In this document: in pieces, positions 26,738 through 32,000 of the stretch | Layout: every line of letters starts with the position of its first letter | Numbering within the stretch: the stretch's first letter is position 1 | Assembly (NCBI RefSeq): GCF_001481685.1 | Contig: NZ_CP006867.1 | Span: 360,001 to 392,000, forward strand | Origin: Ignicoccus islandicus DSM 13165 | Lineage (GTDB): Archaea > Thermoproteota > Thermoprotei_A > Sulfolobales > Ignicoccaceae | Length of the DNA: 32,000 nt | Reading direction: 5' to 3' | Program-made: the position numbers and the translations under genes | Notes under the pieces: generated by a model | The model's input: only the letters and a program-made list of their open reading frames with translations | The model's database searches: none | What the model was told of the DNA's origin: nothing

Positions 26738-27130
26738 ATGGACGCCTCTAAGGCAATCTACGAGGCAAGGAAGAAGTTAGTTAAGAAAGGCGTGGACGAT
26801 CTAAAGGACACCATACCGTTTGAATACGTGCTTACGTGTCCCGATGAGTCCCAGTGGTTGAAGGTAGTGGTTAAGTTCAAAGATCCAAAGAAATCCACGA
26901 TCTACGTAACTGATTTCCACGATTACTTGTATACCGTTTACCACACGGATCCGAAGATGTACGTAGTTGATAGGCTAGTTCCTACGGAAGGAGTCAGGCT
27001 CTTGGAGGGATGCGAGTTAGTTTACGGTAACGAGGAGGAAGTTAAGGCAGACCTAGAAAGGTTTAAGGAATTGGCGAAGGAGTTCCTTGAGAACCTCCAA
27101 GAAGTGATGAGAACCTTCAAAAGGGCTTGA
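26738..27130 (+). CDS. Hypothetical protein, last gene of the ATP-grasp/Ubl/PPS operon
   Basis: 130-aa ORF whose ATG lies 2 nt after the PPS stop. No recognisable family. Confidence 0.5.
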   Translation: MDASKAIYEARKKLVKKGVDDLKDTIPFEYVLTCPDESQWLKVVVKFKDPKKSTIYVTDFHDYLYTVYHTDPKMYVVDRLVPTEGVRLLEGCELVYGNEEEVKADLERFKELAKEFLENLQEVMRTFKRA

Positions 27131-27170
27131 GGCAGCTTTTAAGCTCTTCGATACCCGTATTTCGGGGACC

Positions 27171-27638
27171 CTGAAACTTGCTGGCGATACCAACGTTCTT
27201 TTTCGTTTAATAACTAACAGAGAGGCTTTCATCAAACTAAAGAGAGCTCACCACAGCGGTAAATTAAGGTGGTTCATTAGCTACGAGTTGCTCCAAGAGC
27301 TTAAGGAGCACGTAGACGTTATAGTTAAGTTAGCTATGAAACACGAAAGGAAGGCCGATTGCAAGGTAGCTTGAGAAGTAGGTGCTGAAACGCTTTTAGA
27401 GTTAGCTACCTTGGATTTCGGTACTACTGAACCTAACGTAGAGTGCTTTGAAGCATTGGAATTAGTTGCACTGAGGGATCCAGACGACGTTCACGTAGCC
27501 TCTTTAGCTATAAACGTGGCACCATCAATTCTAGTAAGCGACGATAAAAAGGCATTTAATAAAGAAGTTAAGGAGGCTTTAGCTAAGTATAAGGTTGAGG
27601 TGATGGGCTTTGCTGAACTCCTTAAACTCCTTGAGTAA
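27171..27638 (+). pseudogene. PIN-domain (PIN_3/VapC-like) nuclease gene with one in-frame TGA and no canonical start
   Basis: A single frame reads (L)KLAGDTNVLFRLI...SYELLQELKEH...KADCKVA, then TGA at 27372..27374, then EVGAETL...ALRDPDDVHVASLAI...ILVSDDKKAF...LLKLLE. All four PIN acidic positions appear present. The only possible start ahead of the DTN motif is CTG (27171) or ATT. The ORF track reports only the C-terminal 75 aa. Confidence 0.6.
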
Positions 27639-27646
27639 GGAAATAG

Positions 27647-27880
27647 ATGAGAGACTTTCAAAAGAGAACTATAGCTCTACTGATCCTCAAGTCTAAGGGC
27701 TTCAAGGTAGTCATACCGGAAATTAGGATAGGAGACAAGGTAGCCTACGGAATAGCTATACAAGGAGATAAGGCATACGTAGTGTTCCCAAACGGTTTAG
27801 AGGAAGAAATCAAGAAGGTTTTGAAGGTTAAGGAAGTGGTAGTAGTACCTTGGGTCCACAGGCCTGAGCGCGAGGAGTGA
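27647..27880 (+). CDS. Hypothetical small protein
   Basis: 77-aa ORF with an ATG 8 nt after the PIN gene stop. No family was recognised. Confidence 0.4.
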   Translation: MRDFQKRTIALLILKSKGFKVVIPEIRIGDKVAYGIAIQGDKAYVVFPNGLEEEIKKVLKVKEVVVVPWVHRPEREE

Positions 27881-28167
27881 AACGCAACGTAAACCTAGCT
27901 GTTAAATCGCATCGTTACGTGAAGGGTCCTTAACCCGAAGGCCAAGGATTTAACTTAGTCTAAGCTTTTCTAGAAGATGCGAAAGTAATGACTAATCGCT
28001 CTCTGGTTCTTTCTAGAAGGACGTGCGTTAAGAATTTCGAAGCGAGAAGCTGAAGCGAAGAACAATAAGGTCGATGAACCATGTCCTTGTACTTAAACCA
28101 AAGGAAATACTCACATATAATACAATAATGGAATAAATTGACAATAGAAAGAAGCAGAGAACCATTA

Positions 28168-28220
28168 GGCGCCGGGAAGGGTTAAGCGGGATCACGTGCC
28201 CCAGCGGTCCCAGTTTACCG

Positions 28221-28242
<22 letters not shown>
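28168..28242 (-). other. 3' strand of the 23S rRNA processing stem
   Basis: 28168..28207 is complementary to 31395..31434 (40 bp, one G-U). 28221..28242 is complementary to 31360..31381 (22 bp). The two helices are separated by an irregular 13-nt/13-nt region (28208..28220 opposite 31382..31394) where a bulge-helix-bulge-type site is expected. Confidence 0.85.
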
Positions 28243-31359
<3,117 letters not shown>

Positions 31360-31381
<22 letters not shown>

Positions 31382-31434
31382 TTGCGGTCCGGAACCGCTG
31401 GGGCACATGATCCCGCTTAACCCTTCCCGGCGCC
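31360..31434 (-). other. 5' strand of the 23S rRNA processing stem
   Basis: This is the complement of 28168..28242, as described for the 3' strand. Confidence 0.85.
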
Positions 31435-31610
31435 CATTGTCCCGGTGGGGAGCTTCCGGCCCTAAGGCCGCATTGCTGCCCCCACCGGGGCGTCGCGCCC
31501 TTAAGCCGGGAGCTACCGCTCCCGGCCCGCATCTTTGAGCGCTCGCCTGTGAGCGTGCTTCTTCGCCGCGTGCCGGGTTTCTCCCCGGCGCCCCGCGGCG
31601 CTCTCCGTGT
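31435..31610 (-). other. GC-rich structured 5' leader (external transcribed spacer) of the 23S transcript
   Basis: This GC-rich block lies between the only AT-rich promoter-like element and the processing stem. It contains hairpins, for example GCCGGGAGC-GGTA-GCTCCCGGC and CCGGTGGGG...CCCCACCGG on the minus strand. No tRNA-like T-loop or anticodon architecture was seen. Confidence 0.5.
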
Positions 31611-31630
31611 TTTCCAGTAGGGGCGTGGGG

Positions 31631-31644
31631 GTTATAAAATTAAC
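31631..31644. promoter_or_regulatory. Near-palindromic TATA element shared by the divergent 23S rRNA and BtpA-family gene
   Basis: GTTATAAAATTAAC reads TTATAAAA on the plus strand. Its centre lies about 22-27 nt upstream of the ATG at 31658, which implies a leaderless mRNA. On the minus strand it reads TTTTATAA. It is the only AT-rich box upstream of the GC-rich rRNA leader. Confidence 0.5.
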
Positions 31645-31657
31645 TGATAAGTAGTTT

Positions 31658-32000
31658 ATGAACTATCTCTTTTATTTCCTTTCCAGTAAGTATAGTGTGG
31701 GCGCTTCCTTGGAAGTCATAGGCGTAGTCCACCTACCTCCCTTACCTTCTTCCCCCCAATGGAATGGAGACTTAGAGGAGGTGATTCGAAGGGCAGTTAG
31801 AGACGCAAAGGCGCTAGAGATAGGGGGCGTCGATAGTATCTTAGTAGAGAATTATGGTGACTATCCGTATAGAATAAGGGTTGACCCGTTAACAGTTGCT
31901 GCCGTTACGCGAGTTACAACGGAGGTACTCTATTCAGTCAACGTAAACGTTGGCGTGAGCTTGTTACGCAATTCCGCACCAGAAGCTATAGCTATAGCCT
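31658..32000 (+). CDS. BtpA/SgcQ-family TIM-barrel protein, 5' partial (runs off the window)
   Basis: The ORF is not in the supplied track because it has no stop in the window. It translates as MNYLFYFLSSKYSVGASLEVIGVVHLPPLPSSPQWNGDLEEVIRRAVRDAKALEIGGVDSILVENYGDYPY... This matches the BtpA-family N-terminal pattern (IGV.HL.PLPGSP ... A..L..GGVD.I.VEN..D.P). Confidence 0.7.
   Translation, partial: MNYLFYFLSSKYSVGASLEVIGVVHLPPLPSSPQWNGDLEEVIRRAVRDAKALEIGGVDSILVENYGDYPYRIRVDPLTVAAVTRVTTEVLYSVNVNVGVSLLRNSAPEAIAIA

Noticed and set aside
27053-27235. 60-aa minus-strand ORF bridging the end of the 130-aa gene and the PIN gene.
   Set aside because: It overlaps two better-supported plus-strand coding regions, one of them with PIN motifs, and has no recognisable features.
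17372-27374. Idea that the in-frame TGA codons (17744..17746 and 27372..27374) reflect TGA recoding, either selenocysteine or stop-codon reassignment.
   Set aside because: TGA clearly terminates nuoA and nuoM at ATGA start/stop overlaps, and it also ends several other ORFs here. One of the three interrupting stops is TAG. No SECIS-like logic can be argued from the sequence. Pseudogenisation, or at most low-level readthrough, is more parsimonious.
27960-28030. Direct repeat TTCTAGAAG occurring twice, about 40 nt apart, in the non-coding region downstream of the 23S gene.
   Set aside because: A 9-nt partially palindromic repeat in AT-rich DNA is compatible with chance, and no associated structure or ORF was found.
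31435-31610. Possible tRNA or other small RNA gene in the GC-rich 23S leader.
   Set aside because: Only simple hairpins were found. There is no cloverleaf arrangement, T-loop (GTTCRAATC-like) or D-loop signature.

Overview
This is an archaeal chromosomal window, judged from archaeal-type 23S rRNA, TATA-box promoters, frequent TTG/GTG and near-leaderless starts, PP1-arch phosphatase and archaeal phosphopantothenate synthetase. The organism is probably a hyperthermophilic member of the Thermoproteota: the rRNA is very GC-rich while protein-coding DNA is AT-rich. Organism identity is inference only. Content in order:
(1) A stomatin/NfeD pair and a secreted beta-propeller protein.
(2) A partial, permuted complex-I cluster on the minus strand (nuoL-nuoM-nuoA-nuoB-nuoCD), preceded by a TldD/PmbA-family gene.
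(3) An AT-rich accessory island (about 9.8-14.9 kb) with ORFans and two more paralogues of the beta-propeller surface protein.
(4) Valyl-tRNA synthetase.
(5) A decayed gene with two in-frame stop codons.
(6) A hendecad-repeat coiled-coil protein.
(7) An uncharacterised module: an 830-aa polytopic membrane protein with a possible Nudix-like domain, translationally coupled to a PP2C-like protein and followed by a PPP-family phosphatase. This is the best candidate for an undescribed system.
(8) A radical SAM/SPASM enzyme.
(9) A tight operon of a LysX/RimK-type ATP-grasp ligase, a MoaD/ThiS-like ubiquitin-fold protein ending in Gly-Gly, phosphopantothenate synthetase and an unknown 130-aa protein.
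(10) A PIN-domain gene interrupted by one in-frame TGA.
(11) A complete, apparently intron-less 23S rRNA on the minus strand. It has a long processing stem and its own promoter but no linked 16S or 5S.
(12) The 5' part of a BtpA-family gene running off the window.
No CRISPR array, tRNA, transposase or integrase was recognised.
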